A stretch of DNA of 64,000 bases from Nitrospirota bacterium (GTDB taxonomy: Bacteria; Nitrospirota; Thermodesulfovibrionia; Thermodesulfovibrionales; JdFR-86): positions 1,088,001-1,152,000 of the forward strand of contig CAVRJY010000001.1 of NCBI GenBank assembly GCA_963721805.1, given 5' to 3'. Position numbers and translations under genes: made by a program. The stretch's first letter is position 1. Every line of letters starts with the position of its first letter. The notes under the pieces are model-generated. The model was not told the DNA's origin, ran no database searches, and was given only the letters and a program-made list of their open reading frames with translations. Positions 36,817-47,073 of the stretch are shown here, in pieces.

Positions 36817-38267
36817 TGAAGACCGATGCGGCTGTCAGCGGCATGAATATTCTCATCATTAATACAAACCGCGATGCCTATCCAGTGCCGGTGCTGCCGT
36901 CAGGCGCATGTATGATCGCGGAGGCCGCAGAGAGGGCGGGACACGCGGTTTCGCTTGTTGACCTCATGTTCACGGATGACCCTGATCGTACCCTCAAGAC
37001 GGCGCTCGAAAGTACAATATTCGATGTCATCGGCCTGTCCGTACGGAACATCGACAATATCGACATGCGTGCTCCCCGGTATTTTATCAGCGAGCTCATC
37101 CCACTCATCGACACTATACGCCGGTCCTCGGACGCACACATCGTCCTTGGCGGCGCCGCGCTGATGGTTATGCCCGAGGAGATCATGCGGGCAACTGGAG
37201 TTCCGTGTGCGGTGGTTGGAGACGGTGAATCCGTATTCCCCCGGCTGATAGAGAGGATGGCACGGAATGAACCGTGGGCGGAACTGCCGGGCGTTGCATC
37301 ACTAGTTGGCGGCAGATACCGCGCGAATGCCACGGTACCCGGTCTTTCTCATAGCTGCTCGGGACCTGATTATGGCCGGTGGCTCGATATGAAGGCCTAC
37401 TGTTCGCATATGGCTACGATCCCTCTACAGACGAAGCTCGGATGCCGCTTTCAGTGTGTCTATTGCACCTACCGCAAGATCGAAGGCCACGGCTACAGGC
37501 TGTCGGAGCCTTCGAGCGTGGCCGAGGCCGTGCGCCGTTATGCGTCATCCGGATTTAAAGACATAGAGTTCGTCGACAACGTGTTTAACTCTCCATACGA
37601 CCATGCCATCGAGGTATGCGAGGCGATAATAAGTTCAAAAAAACACCGCGCTCGCCTTCAAAGCATCGAGCTTAGCCCGGTCTCATTCGACCAGCGCCTG
37701 CTCTGCACCATGGAGCGCGCGGGCTTTGTGGGGATCGGCCTTACTGTGGAGAGTGCATCAGGCGCGGTCTTGCATGGGCTTAATAAAGGTTTCACTGCGC
37801 GCGAGGTCCATGCGGCGGCGGAGGTGGTGAGGCGCAACCGGCTGCCGTGCCTCTGGATTTTTATGATGGGCGGCCCGGGGGAGACCCGCGATACCGTGCG
37901 CGAAACCCTGAGTTTCGCCGAGAAGTTCATCCGGCCTCAGGATGCCGCTTTCTTCAATATAGGCGTCCGAATCTATCCGAGGACTGAACTGGAGTCCATC
38001 GCACGCAGCCAAGGCGTACTTGCTCCTCTTGCCGATTTGCTGGAGCCAGCGTTTTATGTCTCGCCCGAGGTAGAGGCGGACTGGATCGCGGGGCAGGTGA
38101 AGCTTTCAATGAACAGCCATATGAACTTCATGGACGGGGATTCGATGTCGTTTTCCTATCTTCCGCAGATCAGCCGTCTTGGACATCGGATGGGGCTCAA
38201 GCCGCCACTCTGGCGGTATACCCGCCTTATCCGAAGGGGTTTGCGCTCGGTCGGGATGCGCGTATGA
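36816..38267 (+). CDS. Cobalamin-binding-domain radical SAM enzyme
   Basis: N-terminal B12-binding-like domain (IGLSVRNID, VLGG, VVGDGE) and CRFQCVYC; start may be ATG 36843. Confidence 0.85.
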   Translation: MKTDAAVSGMNILIINTNRDAYPVPVLPSGACMIAEAAERAGHAVSLVDLMFTDDPDRTLKTALESTIFDVIGLSVRNIDNIDMRAPRYFISELIPLIDTIRRSSDAHIVLGGAALMVMPEEIMRATGVPCAVVGDGESVFPRLIERMARNEPWAELPGVASLVGGRYRANATVPGLSHSCSGPDYGRWLDMKAYCSHMATIPLQTKLGCRFQCVYCTYRKIEGHGYRLSEPSSVAEAVRRYASSGFKDIEFVDNVFNSPYDHAIEVCEAIISSKKHRARLQSIELSPVSFDQRLLCTMERAGFVGIGLTVESASGAVLHGLNKGFTAREVHAAAEVVRRNRLPCLWIFMMGGPGETRDTVRETLSFAEKFIRPQDAAFFNIGVRIYPRTELESIARSQGVLAPLADLLEPAFYVSPEVEADWIAGQVKLSMNSHMNFMDGDSMSFSYLPQISRLGHRMGLKPPLWRYTRLIRRGLRSVGMRV

Positions 38268-38295
38268 GGACGAGACATATGGAAAGGAATCTTGC

Positions 38296-39363
38296 ATGAT
38301 GGATGAACAGGCTGCCGCGCCGCATATAGCATCGGTAGCGGTGGCAACGCCTCCCTGCACCGTCGAGCAGGCGGAACTAGAACGCCTTGCGTACAAGCAT
38401 TACAAAGACAGGCTAAGCCCGCGAAGCATCTCGCTCATACACGCGCTCTTTGCCCATCCAAGCATTAAAACGCGGAGCTTCGCCATAGGAAACGTCGAGG
38501 ACCTCGTGGACGAGGACCCTGACCGGCGCGTTGCGCGTTTTACTCACTGGTCGCAGGAACTCTCGGCGAAGGCGATCTCTAAAGCCCTGGCGCAAGCGGG
38601 CTTGGGAACAAGCGATGTGGCCGGACTTGTCGTGAATACGTGTACGGGATATATCTGCCCCGGAATCTCGACATATCTGATCGAGAGGCTCGGCCTCGCG
38701 CGCGACGTACGCGTGTACGATCTGGTCGGGAGCGGATGCGGTGGGGCGATCCCAAACCTCGAGGTCTCGGAGTCGCTCATGAGGCAGACGGCAGACGGGG
38801 TGGTGGTGAGCGTCTCGGTCGAGATCTGCACCGCAACCTTTCAGATGCAGGATGACATCAGCCTCCTTCTCTCAAACACGCTCTTCGGAGACGGCGCGGC
38901 GGCCGCCGTTTTGTGGGGCAGGCCACAGGGATACGAGCTTGTCGCCTCGGCCAGACGGTATGTGCCGGAGCAGCGCGAAGCGGTCCGCTACATCCACAAA
39001 AACGGCCAGCTCCACAACCAGCTCTCGCTCAGATTGCCGGAGCTGGTCGGGAAGACGGCCTCACAGGTCGTCTTGGATCTTTTGGCCCCCTATGGGCTTA
39101 AACCACAGGATATAAAACACTGGGCCCTGCACAGCGGCGGCGAAAAGATCATTAACGCCGTCCAGTCGGGACTTGGGCTGTCGGAGGATCAGGTCCGTGC
39201 GACGCGCTGCGTGCTTTCGGAATACGGGAACATGTCCTCGCCCACGGTCTGGTTCGTGCTCAACGAGATCGAGAAGCGGGGCGTTGCCCCGGGAGAGTGG
39301 TGCATCATGGTCGTCTTTGGCGCGGGTCTATCTGCGCATGCATACCTGCTGCGAAAGAAATAG
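38296..39363 (+). CDS. Type III polyketide synthase (chalcone synthase-like)
   Basis: Cys (GSGCGGA), His (ALHSGG) and Asn (YGNMSS) triad, LFGDGAAA, FGAGLS; AAAGGA RBS. Confidence 0.92.
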   Translation: MMDEQAAAPHIASVAVATPPCTVEQAELERLAYKHYKDRLSPRSISLIHALFAHPSIKTRSFAIGNVEDLVDEDPDRRVARFTHWSQELSAKAISKALAQAGLGTSDVAGLVVNTCTGYICPGISTYLIERLGLARDVRVYDLVGSGCGGAIPNLEVSESLMRQTADGVVVSVSVEICTATFQMQDDISLLLSNTLFGDGAAAAVLWGRPQGYELVASARRYVPEQREAVRYIHKNGQLHNQLSLRLPELVGKTASQVVLDLLAPYGLKPQDIKHWALHSGGEKIINAVQSGLGLSEDQVRATRCVLSEYGNMSSPTVWFVLNEIEKRGVAPGEWCIMVVFGAGLSAHAYLLRKK

Positions 39364-39373
39364 TACGGACAAT

Positions 39374-39826
39374 ATGAGAGCAAGCATTGTAATACTCTGG
39401 CTGTGCGTATTTATATCCTCTGCCGCCTATGCGGCCCAGGGTGACGAAATTTTAGGTGTGTGGAATAACGAGGGAAAAGACGCCAAGATAGAGATATTCA
39501 AATGCGGCGGAAAATACTGCGGGAAGATAATTGCTCTGAGAGAACCGAACTATACACCGGATTTCAACTACGGTGTGATCGGCACGCCAAAACTTGATCA
39601 CAACAACCCCGACACCGCTAAAAGGTCCGTGCCAATTATGGGCCTCCAGATCGTGAATAAATTCACCTTCGCAGGCGGAAACGTTTGGAAGGACGGGACT
39701 GTGTACGATCCCAAAAACGGCAAGACATATAGCGGCAGGCTTACGCTCGTTTCACCGATTCGGCTTGACTTAAGGGGTTTTGTCGTTATCCCGCTCTTCG
39801 GCAGAACCACTACGTGGACACGGTAG
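39374..39826 (+). CDS. DUF2147 family secreted protein
   Basis: Signal peptide; GTVYDPKNGKTY, LRGFV, GRTTTWTR. Confidence 0.85.
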   Translation: MRASIVILWLCVFISSAAYAAQGDEILGVWNNEGKDAKIEIFKCGGKYCGKIIALREPNYTPDFNYGVIGTPKLDHNNPDTAKRSVPIMGLQIVNKFTFAGGNVWKDGTVYDPKNGKTYSGRLTLVSPIRLDLRGFVVIPLFGRTTTWTR

Positions 39827-39879
39827 GTTCGGGGCTGGCAGAAATTGACATCACCCATTTGCAGGAGTAGGATTCGTTT

Positions 39880-40581
39880 ATGAACGGATCAGAAAAATCG
39901 CCCAGCCGCCGCGATTTCCTCCGCAAGATGATCATCCTGGCCCCGACCATCACTATAGCCGCATGCGCACCCATGTCGGCTCTGAAGACATTCCCTGAGC
40001 AAGCCTATTCGCCCAGGTATTTTTCACCTGAAGAGTTGACCTTCCTTAACGCTGCCTGTGAGCGCCTGATTCCCACTGACGAAAACGGTCCCGGTGCATC
40101 GGAGCTCGGCGTGCCGGATTTCATCGACCGTGAAATGGATGGATCCTTTGGGCATGCGGCTAACTGGTACATGCAGGGCCCATTCGCCTCTGGAGCGCCC
40201 GAACTAGGCTACCAGTCGCCCCTGACGCCGCGCGAGGTCTACCGCGCCGGCATCGCCGCGGTGAACGCGCACTGCCGGAACGTATACGGCAACAAGCCTT
40301 TTTCAGAACTTCCTGCCGCAACGCAGGACTCGGTGCTGACCGGGCTGGAAAGTGGCACACTGAAATTCGAGAATGTATCAGCTACTGCCTTCTTCGGCTT
40401 TTTGCTTCAGAACACCAAGGAGGGCTATCTGGCCGATCCTATCCATGGCGGCAATAAAAACATGGAGAGCTGGAAGATGATCGGCTTTCCCGGCGCGCGC
40501 GCGGATTTCATCGACTGGGTGGATAAGCATGGCGTGCGCTATCCGTACGGCCCGGTCAGCATTTCGGGCATGAAGGGCTGA
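39880..40581 (+). CDS. Gluconate 2-dehydrogenase subunit 3 (Tat-exported)
   Basis: SRRDFL Tat motif, ERLIP, EGYLADPIHGGN, WKMIGFPGA. Confidence 0.9.
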   Translation: MNGSEKSPSRRDFLRKMIILAPTITIAACAPMSALKTFPEQAYSPRYFSPEELTFLNAACERLIPTDENGPGASELGVPDFIDREMDGSFGHAANWYMQGPFASGAPELGYQSPLTPREVYRAGIAAVNAHCRNVYGNKPFSELPAATQDSVLTGLESGTLKFENVSATAFFGFLLQNTKEGYLADPIHGGNKNMESWKMIGFPGARADFIDWVDKHGVRYPYGPVSISGMKG

Positions 40582-40586
40582 TCGCG

Positions 40587-42359
40587 ATGGCCGATATAAA
40601 TAAATCAGCTGTCGACGCGGTGCTTGTCGGGTTCGGCTGGACCGGCGCCATAATGGGCATGGAACTCACCGAGGCCGGTCTGAATGTAGTCGCGCTCGAA
40701 CGCGGAGAGAACCGTGATACCTATCCTAATTTCGCCTATCCGCTCAGTGCCGACGAGCTGACATACGGCATACGCGGCAGGCTGTTTCAGAACCTGTCGC
40801 GCGAGACGCTGACGATTCGCCATTCCCCCGGGGACCGCGCCCTGCCTTATCGTCAGCTGGGGTCGTTTCTGCCGGGCACCGGTGTAGGTGGCGGCGGGGT
40901 GCACTGGAACGGCCAGCACTGGCGCGTGCTGCCTGAGGAATTGCGGCTCAAGAGCCACGTTACGGAGCGCTATGGCAAGGGTTTTATACCCGACGGCATG
41001 ACGATCCAGGATTTCGGCGTCAGCTATGATGAACTCGAGCCCTGCTTCGACCAGTTCGAACGCGTATGCGGCACCTCGGGTAAGGCCGGAAACCTGGGCG
41101 GTACGATAGTCGAGGGTGGCAATCCGTTCGAGGGACGACGTTCCAGGGAATATCCGCTGCCACCGCTTGCCGACGTCTACGGCGCCACATTATTTGCCAA
41201 GGCGGCTAAGGAGCTCGGCTACCATCCTTTTTCGGAACCGGCAGCGAATGCCTCACGGCCATACACTAACACCTATGGCGCCCAGCTTGGGCCGTGCAAC
41301 TTATGCGGCTATTGCGAACGCTTCGGCTGTTATAAGTATGCCAAGGCCTCTCCGCAAACGACCATCCTGCCGGTGCTGATGAAGAAACCTAATTTCGAAT
41401 TGCGCGCCCAGTCGCACGTGGTGCGCATCAACCTCGACTCCTCGGGCAAGCGCGCCACCGGGGTCACCTACATCGACGCCCAGGGCCGCGAGGTGTTCCA
41501 GCCTGCGGAGCTCGTCGTCCTTAGCGCCTATCAGCTAAATAACACCAGGCTGCTGCTGCTCTCCGGGATCGGCAAGCCATACGATCATGCGACAGGCACC
41601 GGGGTCGTCGGGCGCAACTATGCCTATCAGATGATCGGCGGCGTCATGGTGTTCTTCGACAAGGACAAGCCTATGAATCCCTTCATCGGTTCGGGCGCGG
41701 GCGGACAGATTATAGACGACCTCAACGGCGACCATTTCGACCACGCCCCGCATGGGTTCATCGGCGGAGGTTATATCGGGGTAATTCAGACCGGCGGCCG
41801 GCCTATCCAGCAGATGCTGCTTCCCAAAGCCACGCCGCAGTGGGGCGCTAAATGGAAGCAGGCGATCAAGGACCATTATCTGTACTCCGTCAACATACTT
41901 ACCCACGGCACTGTCATGTCACACCGCGACAATTACCTCGACCTCGATCCCACGTATCGCGACGTATTCGGCCAGCCGCTTCTGCGCATGACCTTCGACT
42001 GGAAGGAAAACGAGATCAAGATGACCCAGTTCATAACCGGCAAGGCAAAGGAAATCGCCGAGGCGATGGACGGCAAATCGGTAGAGGCAAAGATGAAACA
42101 GACCGGCGATCACTACGACACGCGGGTATACCAGACCACGCACAATGTCGGCGGCGCGGCCATGGGCGAGGACCCGCAGCGAAGCGTGGTCAACCGCTTT
42201 TTGCAGTCCTGGGACGCGCACAATGTGTTCGTAATGGGCTCGAGCGTCTATCCGCAAAATATCGGTTACAACCCGTTGGGCCTGGCGGGCGCACTGGCGT
42301 TCTGGTCCGCAAAGGCCATTCGCACGGCCTACCTGAAATCGCCCGGGCCACTGGTATAG
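40587..42359 (+). CDS. Gluconate 2-dehydrogenase flavoprotein (GMC oxidoreductase)
   Basis: VGFGWTG, GVGGGGVHW, CNLCGYC...GC, YQTTHNVGG. Confidence 0.9.
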   Translation: MADINKSAVDAVLVGFGWTGAIMGMELTEAGLNVVALERGENRDTYPNFAYPLSADELTYGIRGRLFQNLSRETLTIRHSPGDRALPYRQLGSFLPGTGVGGGGVHWNGQHWRVLPEELRLKSHVTERYGKGFIPDGMTIQDFGVSYDELEPCFDQFERVCGTSGKAGNLGGTIVEGGNPFEGRRSREYPLPPLADVYGATLFAKAAKELGYHPFSEPAANASRPYTNTYGAQLGPCNLCGYCERFGCYKYAKASPQTTILPVLMKKPNFELRAQSHVVRINLDSSGKRATGVTYIDAQGREVFQPAELVVLSAYQLNNTRLLLLSGIGKPYDHATGTGVVGRNYAYQMIGGVMVFFDKDKPMNPFIGSGAGGQIIDDLNGDHFDHAPHGFIGGGYIGVIQTGGRPIQQMLLPKATPQWGAKWKQAIKDHYLYSVNILTHGTVMSHRDNYLDLDPTYRDVFGQPLLRMTFDWKENEIKMTQFITGKAKEIAEAMDGKSVEAKMKQTGDHYDTRVYQTTHNVGGAAMGEDPQRSVVNRFLQSWDAHNVFVMGSSVYPQNIGYNPLGLAGALAFWSAKAIRTAYLKSPGPLV

Positions 42360-42363
42360 GATT

Positions 42364-43662
42364 GTGCGCGTTGCGTTAAATATAAAGGTCATAGCGGCCA
42401 TTGTCGTGATGATTGCAACTAGCGCGATGGCGCAAGCCGCACCAGATGAGCTCGTGCAGCGCGGCGCCTATCTCGCGCATGCCGGAGACTGCATTGCCTG
42501 CCATACCGCCCCGGACGGAAAGCCATACTCCGGCGGGGTGCCGATAAACACGCCGATCGGGATGATTTATTCGACCAACATCACTCCGGACCTCGAAACC
42601 GGGATCGGTAAATACAGCATGGACGAATTCGTGAGGGCCATGCGCGAAGGCGTGGCGAACGACGGGCAACATCTTTATCCGGCCATGCCCTATACGTCCT
42701 TCACGAGGCTGTCGAAGGAAGACCTGACGGCGCTCTATGCCTACTTCATGCATGGCGTCGAGCCGGTGCACAAGCAAAATCACGAGACGAAATTGAGCTG
42801 GCCGCTCAGCATGCGATCTCTCATGGCGCTCTGGAATGATCTATATCTCAAGAAGGGCGAATACGCCGCCGATCCGAATAAGAGCGCGTCATGGAACCGC
42901 GGCGCATATCTCGTGCAGGGTCTCGGACATTGCGGCGGATGCCACACGCCGCGGGGAGTTGGCGGCCAGGAGTTGGCGGACAGCGAAAAGGGCGGCAGTA
43001 AATTCCTCGCCGGGGCCACGCTGGACGACTGGCATGCATCATCCCTGAATGGGGACCTAGATACCGGGCTGCATGCCTGGTCGAAAGAGGAGCTGGCCGA
43101 ATTCTTAAAAACCGCCCGCACCGCACGCGTCGCGGCATTTGGCATGATGGCGGGAGTGGTCGGAATGAGCACCCAATATCTGACTGATAATGACCTTATG
43201 GGGATTGCCGAATACCTGAAATCAATGCCGCCTTCAGAGGACAATGCCGCGGATTCGGCCGTGCAAGCCAATGCCGTCAGTGCTGCGACGATAGCGCTGC
43301 GCGCTGGTGATATCTCGATGCGTGGATCGCGCGTCTATCTGGACAATTGCGGCGCCTGCCATGGCTCGGACGGCGCGGGCGCAACGCGGACCTTCCCGCA
43401 CCTGACGAAAAACGAAGAGGTCAACTCCAAAGATCCAACCTCAATGATTCACATAGTGCTGGGTGGGTCAGCAATGCCGTCAACGCAAACCGCGCCCTCA
43501 GCGCTCGCCATGCCCGACTTCGGCTGGCGACTGAGCGATGCGGAAGTGGCTGATGCGCTAAGCTTTATACGCGGCAACTGGGGCAATCATTCGGCAGCGG
43601 TCAGCAGCGATGAGATCGGCCGCTTGCGCAAATCCCTCGCTCTTCAAAATACAGTTCAGTAA
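42364..43662 (+). CDS. Gluconate 2-dehydrogenase tri-heme cytochrome c subunit
   Basis: CIACH, CGGCH and CGACH; YPAMPY; signal peptide. Confidence 0.92.
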   Translation: MRVALNIKVIAAIVVMIATSAMAQAAPDELVQRGAYLAHAGDCIACHTAPDGKPYSGGVPINTPIGMIYSTNITPDLETGIGKYSMDEFVRAMREGVANDGQHLYPAMPYTSFTRLSKEDLTALYAYFMHGVEPVHKQNHETKLSWPLSMRSLMALWNDLYLKKGEYAADPNKSASWNRGAYLVQGLGHCGGCHTPRGVGGQELADSEKGGSKFLAGATLDDWHASSLNGDLDTGLHAWSKEELAEFLKTARTARVAAFGMMAGVVGMSTQYLTDNDLMGIAEYLKSMPPSEDNAADSAVQANAVSAATIALRAGDISMRGSRVYLDNCGACHGSDGAGATRTFPHLTKNEEVNSKDPTSMIHIVLGGSAMPSTQTAPSALAMPDFGWRLSDAEVADALSFIRGNWGNHSAAVSSDEIGRLRKSLALQNTVQ

Positions 43663-43739
43663 CCTTGAAACGCTGGCAGTATCCGCTTGATATAGCTATC
43701 CCAAGTAAACAATAAGTATACAATTTGCCCCAAAAGCAT

Positions 43740-43773
43740 AAAAAAAAGGGGCTACGATTTCTCGTAACCCCTT
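43740..43773 (-). terminator. Intrinsic terminator downstream of tRNA-Ala
   Basis: GGGGTTACGA-GAAA-TCGTAGCCCC followed by T8 on the minus strand. Confidence 0.85.
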
Positions 43774-43784
43774 GATTTAAAAAG

Positions 43785-43857
<73 letters not shown>

Positions 43858-43947
43858 GAGACCGTAATTATATCCGTTAGCGGCCACCCGTTGTCAAGGC
43901 GGACAGGTATCCTGTACAATCCGCACCGGTTTGAATTACACTTATGC

Positions 43948-44364
43948 ATGGGATTTATTATAAGGCTCCTGATGCTTACGATACTGGCGGGGATCATATT
44001 CATAGGCGTCGCGCTGTTCCGGGGTGGCTCGGATATCAGGCACGCCGGCGACGTGATCGCGCGCACCTTTGATTCGGCCGCTGACAAGGCCGACCGGATC
44101 AGGCATATCGTTACCAAGACCGACAGCACGATCGAGCGCGTCGGCGACACCATCAATGACGCGGCCCATGGGGCCGCCGAACGGCTCAAGGACACTAAAG
44201 ACAAGATCGACGGCAAGGCCTCCGAACTAAAGTGCCGCGCGGACGATAAGGCCGATGAACTCCGCCGCATCAAAGACTGCGTCAACAACTCGATCTCAAA
44301 TTCGGTGGATTCATTCAATAAAGGGAAAGACCGTCATGCAACAGCCACCGGCGATAAGCGTTAG
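43948..44364 (+). CDS. Hypothetical membrane-anchored helical protein
   Basis: N-terminal TM, then D/K/A-rich amphipathic helices. Confidence 0.65.
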   Translation: MGFIIRLLMLTILAGIIFIGVALFRGGSDIRHAGDVIARTFDSAADKADRIRHIVTKTDSTIERVGDTINDAAHGAAERLKDTKDKIDGKASELKCRADDKADELRRIKDCVNNSISNSVDSFNKGKDRHATATGDKR

Positions 44365-45019
44365 CGGCCTCAGGAAGTCCTACAAGACCCAGGCCGGGCA
44401 ACTCGACGTCCTAAAGGGCATAGACCTCGATATCGCCGCCTCGTCGATGTCAGCGATAATGGGGGCCTCAGGGGTGGGCAAGAGCACGCTGCTCCAGATG
44501 CTCGGCACGCTCGACACCCCAAGCGAAGGCAGCATCTCATACTACGGGAGCGATATATCCGGCCTCGGCGAGGCCGAGCTATCGGCATTCAGGAACCGGA
44601 CTATCGGGTTCATATTCCAGTTCCACCACCTGCTGCCGGAGTTCAACGCGCTCGAAAACGTGATGATGCCTGTGCTGATCAATGGCTCGGTCGGCAGGGA
44701 CGAGGCCGAGCGCATGGCAAGGGGGCTACTGGACGAGGTCGGGCTCGGCGAGCGTCTCACGCACCGCCCGGGGGAGCTCTCGGGCGGAGAGCAGCAGCGC
44801 GTGGCCGTGGCGCGGGCGCTCGTGATGTCGCCGCGCGTGGTGCTCGCCGACGAGCCCACGGGCAACCTCGATACGCGCACCGGGATGGAGGTCTTCGACC
44901 TGCTTGAGCGCCTGAACCGGGCGCGCGGGATAACCTTCGTGATCGTCACGCATAACGAGGCGCTCTCTGAGCGCTGTCACCGCGTGATAGAGATGGTCGA
45001 CGGAAGGATTAAGTCCTAG
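44336..45019 (+). CDS. lolD: LolD-like ABC transporter ATP-binding protein
   Basis: [48 protein letters not shown]. Confidence 0.8.
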   Translation: MQQPPAISVSGLRKSYKTQAGQLDVLKGIDLDIAASSMSAIMGASGVGKSTLLQMLGTLDTPSEGSISYYGSDISGLGEAELSAFRNRTIGFIFQFHHLLPEFNALENVMMPVLINGSVGRDEAERMARGLLDEVGLGERLTHRPGELSGGEQQRVAVARALVMSPRVVLADEPTGNLDTRTGMEVFDLLERLNRARGITFVIVTHNEALSERCHRVIEMVDGRIKS

Positions 45020-45070
45020 CAAAAGCCGCTCTATTGCATCCCATCGCGCAGCGAGCGCGGAGCGTTGCCC

Positions 45071-45769
45071 CTAGCAAATGGACGCGGGGATGTCCCTGGA
45101 CAGCACGCCCTTGCTCATCCAGAGCATGCGGTCGGCCTGTTTCGCGAGTTCCATGTTGTGGGTTACGAGTATGAAGGTTATGTTGCGCTCCTTGCACTTT
45201 CCGCGCAGGAACTTCATCACTTCGCCTTCGGTCTCCTCGTCGAGGTCCCCCGTCGGCTCGTCCGCAAGAATGATCTCGGGGTTGTTGATCAGCGCGCGGC
45301 CGATGGCCACGCGGCGCTGCTGGCCGCCGCTGAGCTGTGAGGGCAGCGAGTCCATCTTGTCCTTAAGCCCCAGAGAGGTGAGGCATTCCTCGGCGAGTTT
45401 CATGTCCTCGGAGGTGGGTTTCTGCTTGCACCTAAACAGCGAGGGCAGGATGACGTTTTCGCGCGCGGTAAGCACTTGCAGGAGGCTCGCGAACTGGAAT
45501 ATGTACCCCACGCTGTCGGCGCGATAGCCGGAGAGCCCGTCGTCGTTCTGCGCGTATACGTCCATGCCGTTAAACACGATGCTGCCCGAGGTGGGCCGGA
45601 GTATCCCGCCCATGATCGAAAGCAGGGTCGTCTTGCCGGAGCCGGAGTGCCCGACTATCGAGAGGAACTCGCCCTTCTCGACCGTGAGCGATGCGTTATC
45701 GACGGCCCTGAACTCCGAGCCCTCTATCGTGTAAAGCTTGCTTACGTTATTGACTTCGATCTGGGCCAT
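45071..45769 (-). CDS. ABC transporter ATP-binding protein (MacB/LolD type)
   Basis: GHSGSGKTT, LSGGQQRR, ADEPTGDLD. Confidence 0.9.
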   Translation of the reverse strand: MAQIEVNNVSKLYTIEGSEFRAVDNASLTVEKGEFLSIVGHSGSGKTTLLSIMGGILRPTSGSIVFNGMDVYAQNDDGLSGYRADSVGYIFQFASLLQVLTARENVILPSLFRCKQKPTSEDMKLAEECLTSLGLKDKMDSLPSQLSGGQQRRVAIGRALINNPEIILADEPTGDLDEETEGEVMKFLRGKCKERNITFILVTHNMELAKQADRMLWMSKGVLSRDIPASIC

Positions 45770-45777
45770 GCTGTCTC

Positions 45778-46965
45778 CTATTGCTCCTTGAGCACGTCGA
45801 GCGGCTCGAGCCGCTTGATATGGTTTACGCTGGAGAGCGATCCCACCACGCTGATGCCGACTCCGACCGCGAGGCCCAGAAGCGCGATCAGCAGCCTGTC
45901 GCCGAGCGTGAGGGACACGTTCATGTCCCTGATGAGCGTAAACATTTGCGTGAGGCCAAGCGACATGAGCGTGCCGGCTATTATGCCGACTACGCTGCCC
46001 ATCGAGCCGAGCGTCACAACCTCGATCAGGAAGGCGCGGGCCACGTCCTTGCCCCTCGCGCCTATCGCGCGCAGTATGCCGATTTCGCGCGCGCGCTCGT
46101 TGACAATGGCCGAGAATATCGTCCAGGTCAGGAATACGGCGATGAGCGCGGCTATGGATATCGTGAGCAGAAAGATGCGGTTGATGTCCTTGAGCGTACC
46201 TATAATGCCCTTGCCGATGTCGTCGCGGTAGATGTAATTGACGTCGTTGAGGTCGCCCGCGATCTGGCGTCCGACCTTGTAAGGGTCGTAGCCGCTCTTG
46301 AGCTTGACGAATATCATCGATATCTGCCCTGCCTTAAGCGGCGTCTTGGCGAGCTTCACGATATCGGGGAGGTTCTCGTCGCTTATGAAAATGGCGTTGT
46401 CCAGTCCGGTGCCGGTCTTTATGAGCCGGCCTATAAAATTGAACTTCTTATTGAAGAGCACGCTGCTCGATACGCGAATGAGATCGAGGTTCTGGTTGGC
46501 CTGATACCCGATGATGGCCTCACCCTTGACCATCTTGCGGTCGACGATGCCGGAGAGCCACGGCTTTACGATGAAGTCGGTGTCCTGGTCGATCGCGACG
46601 ACCTTCACGGGCGGGATGTCGCAGCATACGCCGAGGATCGATTCGAGGAACGTCTGGGAGGTGACGGCTGCAACGCCTTCGACCTGCTTGATCTTGTCGA
46701 CGTAGTCGCGGGGCATGTAGAAGTTCGGGCCCTTGCCCTCGAGCAATACCGTCTCGGCCGAGTCCGAGGCGCCCATCGGGACTATCGCGAGGTCGGCCCC
46801 GAACCTTGCGGTTGCGCGGGCCACGCCCAGCGAGACGCTCTCGATGAAAGAAGTGCCGAAGACGAGGATAGCCACGAGGAGCCCGATCGAGAGGACGAGC
46901 ACAGCCGTGCGGAACGGCTTCAGCATCAGGTTGCGCATCGCGAGGCTCATGAGCCCGAAAGTCAT
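45778..46965 (-). CDS. ABC transporter permease (MacB/FtsX type)
   Basis: N-terminal TM, periplasmic domain with GVCCD, ERAREIGILRAIGA, three C-terminal TM. Confidence 0.88.
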   Translation of the reverse strand: MTFGLMSLAMRNLMLKPFRTAVLVLSIGLLVAILVFGTSFIESVSLGVARATARFGADLAIVPMGASDSAETVLLEGKGPNFYMPRDYVDKIKQVEGVAAVTSQTFLESILGVCCDIPPVKVVAIDQDTDFIVKPWLSGIVDRKMVKGEAIIGYQANQNLDLIRVSSSVLFNKKFNFIGRLIKTGTGLDNAIFISDENLPDIVKLAKTPLKAGQISMIFVKLKSGYDPYKVGRQIAGDLNDVNYIYRDDIGKGIIGTLKDINRIFLLTISIAALIAVFLTWTIFSAIVNERAREIGILRAIGARGKDVARAFLIEVVTLGSMGSVVGIIAGTLMSLGLTQMFTLIRDMNVSLTLGDRLLIALLGLAVGVGISVVGSLSSVNHIKRLEPLDVLKEQ

Positions 46966-46990
46966 ATCTGGTGTTGCCGCCTTTCTTGAT

Positions 46991-47041
46991 AAAAAAAGAA
47001 TCGGGACGCCTCTATATTATACACAGCAGAGGCGTCCCGAT
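46991..47041 (-). terminator. Intrinsic terminator after the CXXCH protein gene
   Basis: ATCGGGACGCCTCT...AGAGGCGTCCCGAT with a T-tract on the minus strand. Confidence 0.7.
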
Positions 47042-47073
47042 CCATCAAGCCGCGTCAGGCGGCCGTTGCGTTC

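Noticed and set aside
44336..45019. Complete lolCDE locus
   Set aside because: No lolC/E permease is co-transcribed; the nearby permease is on the other strand with its own ATPase.
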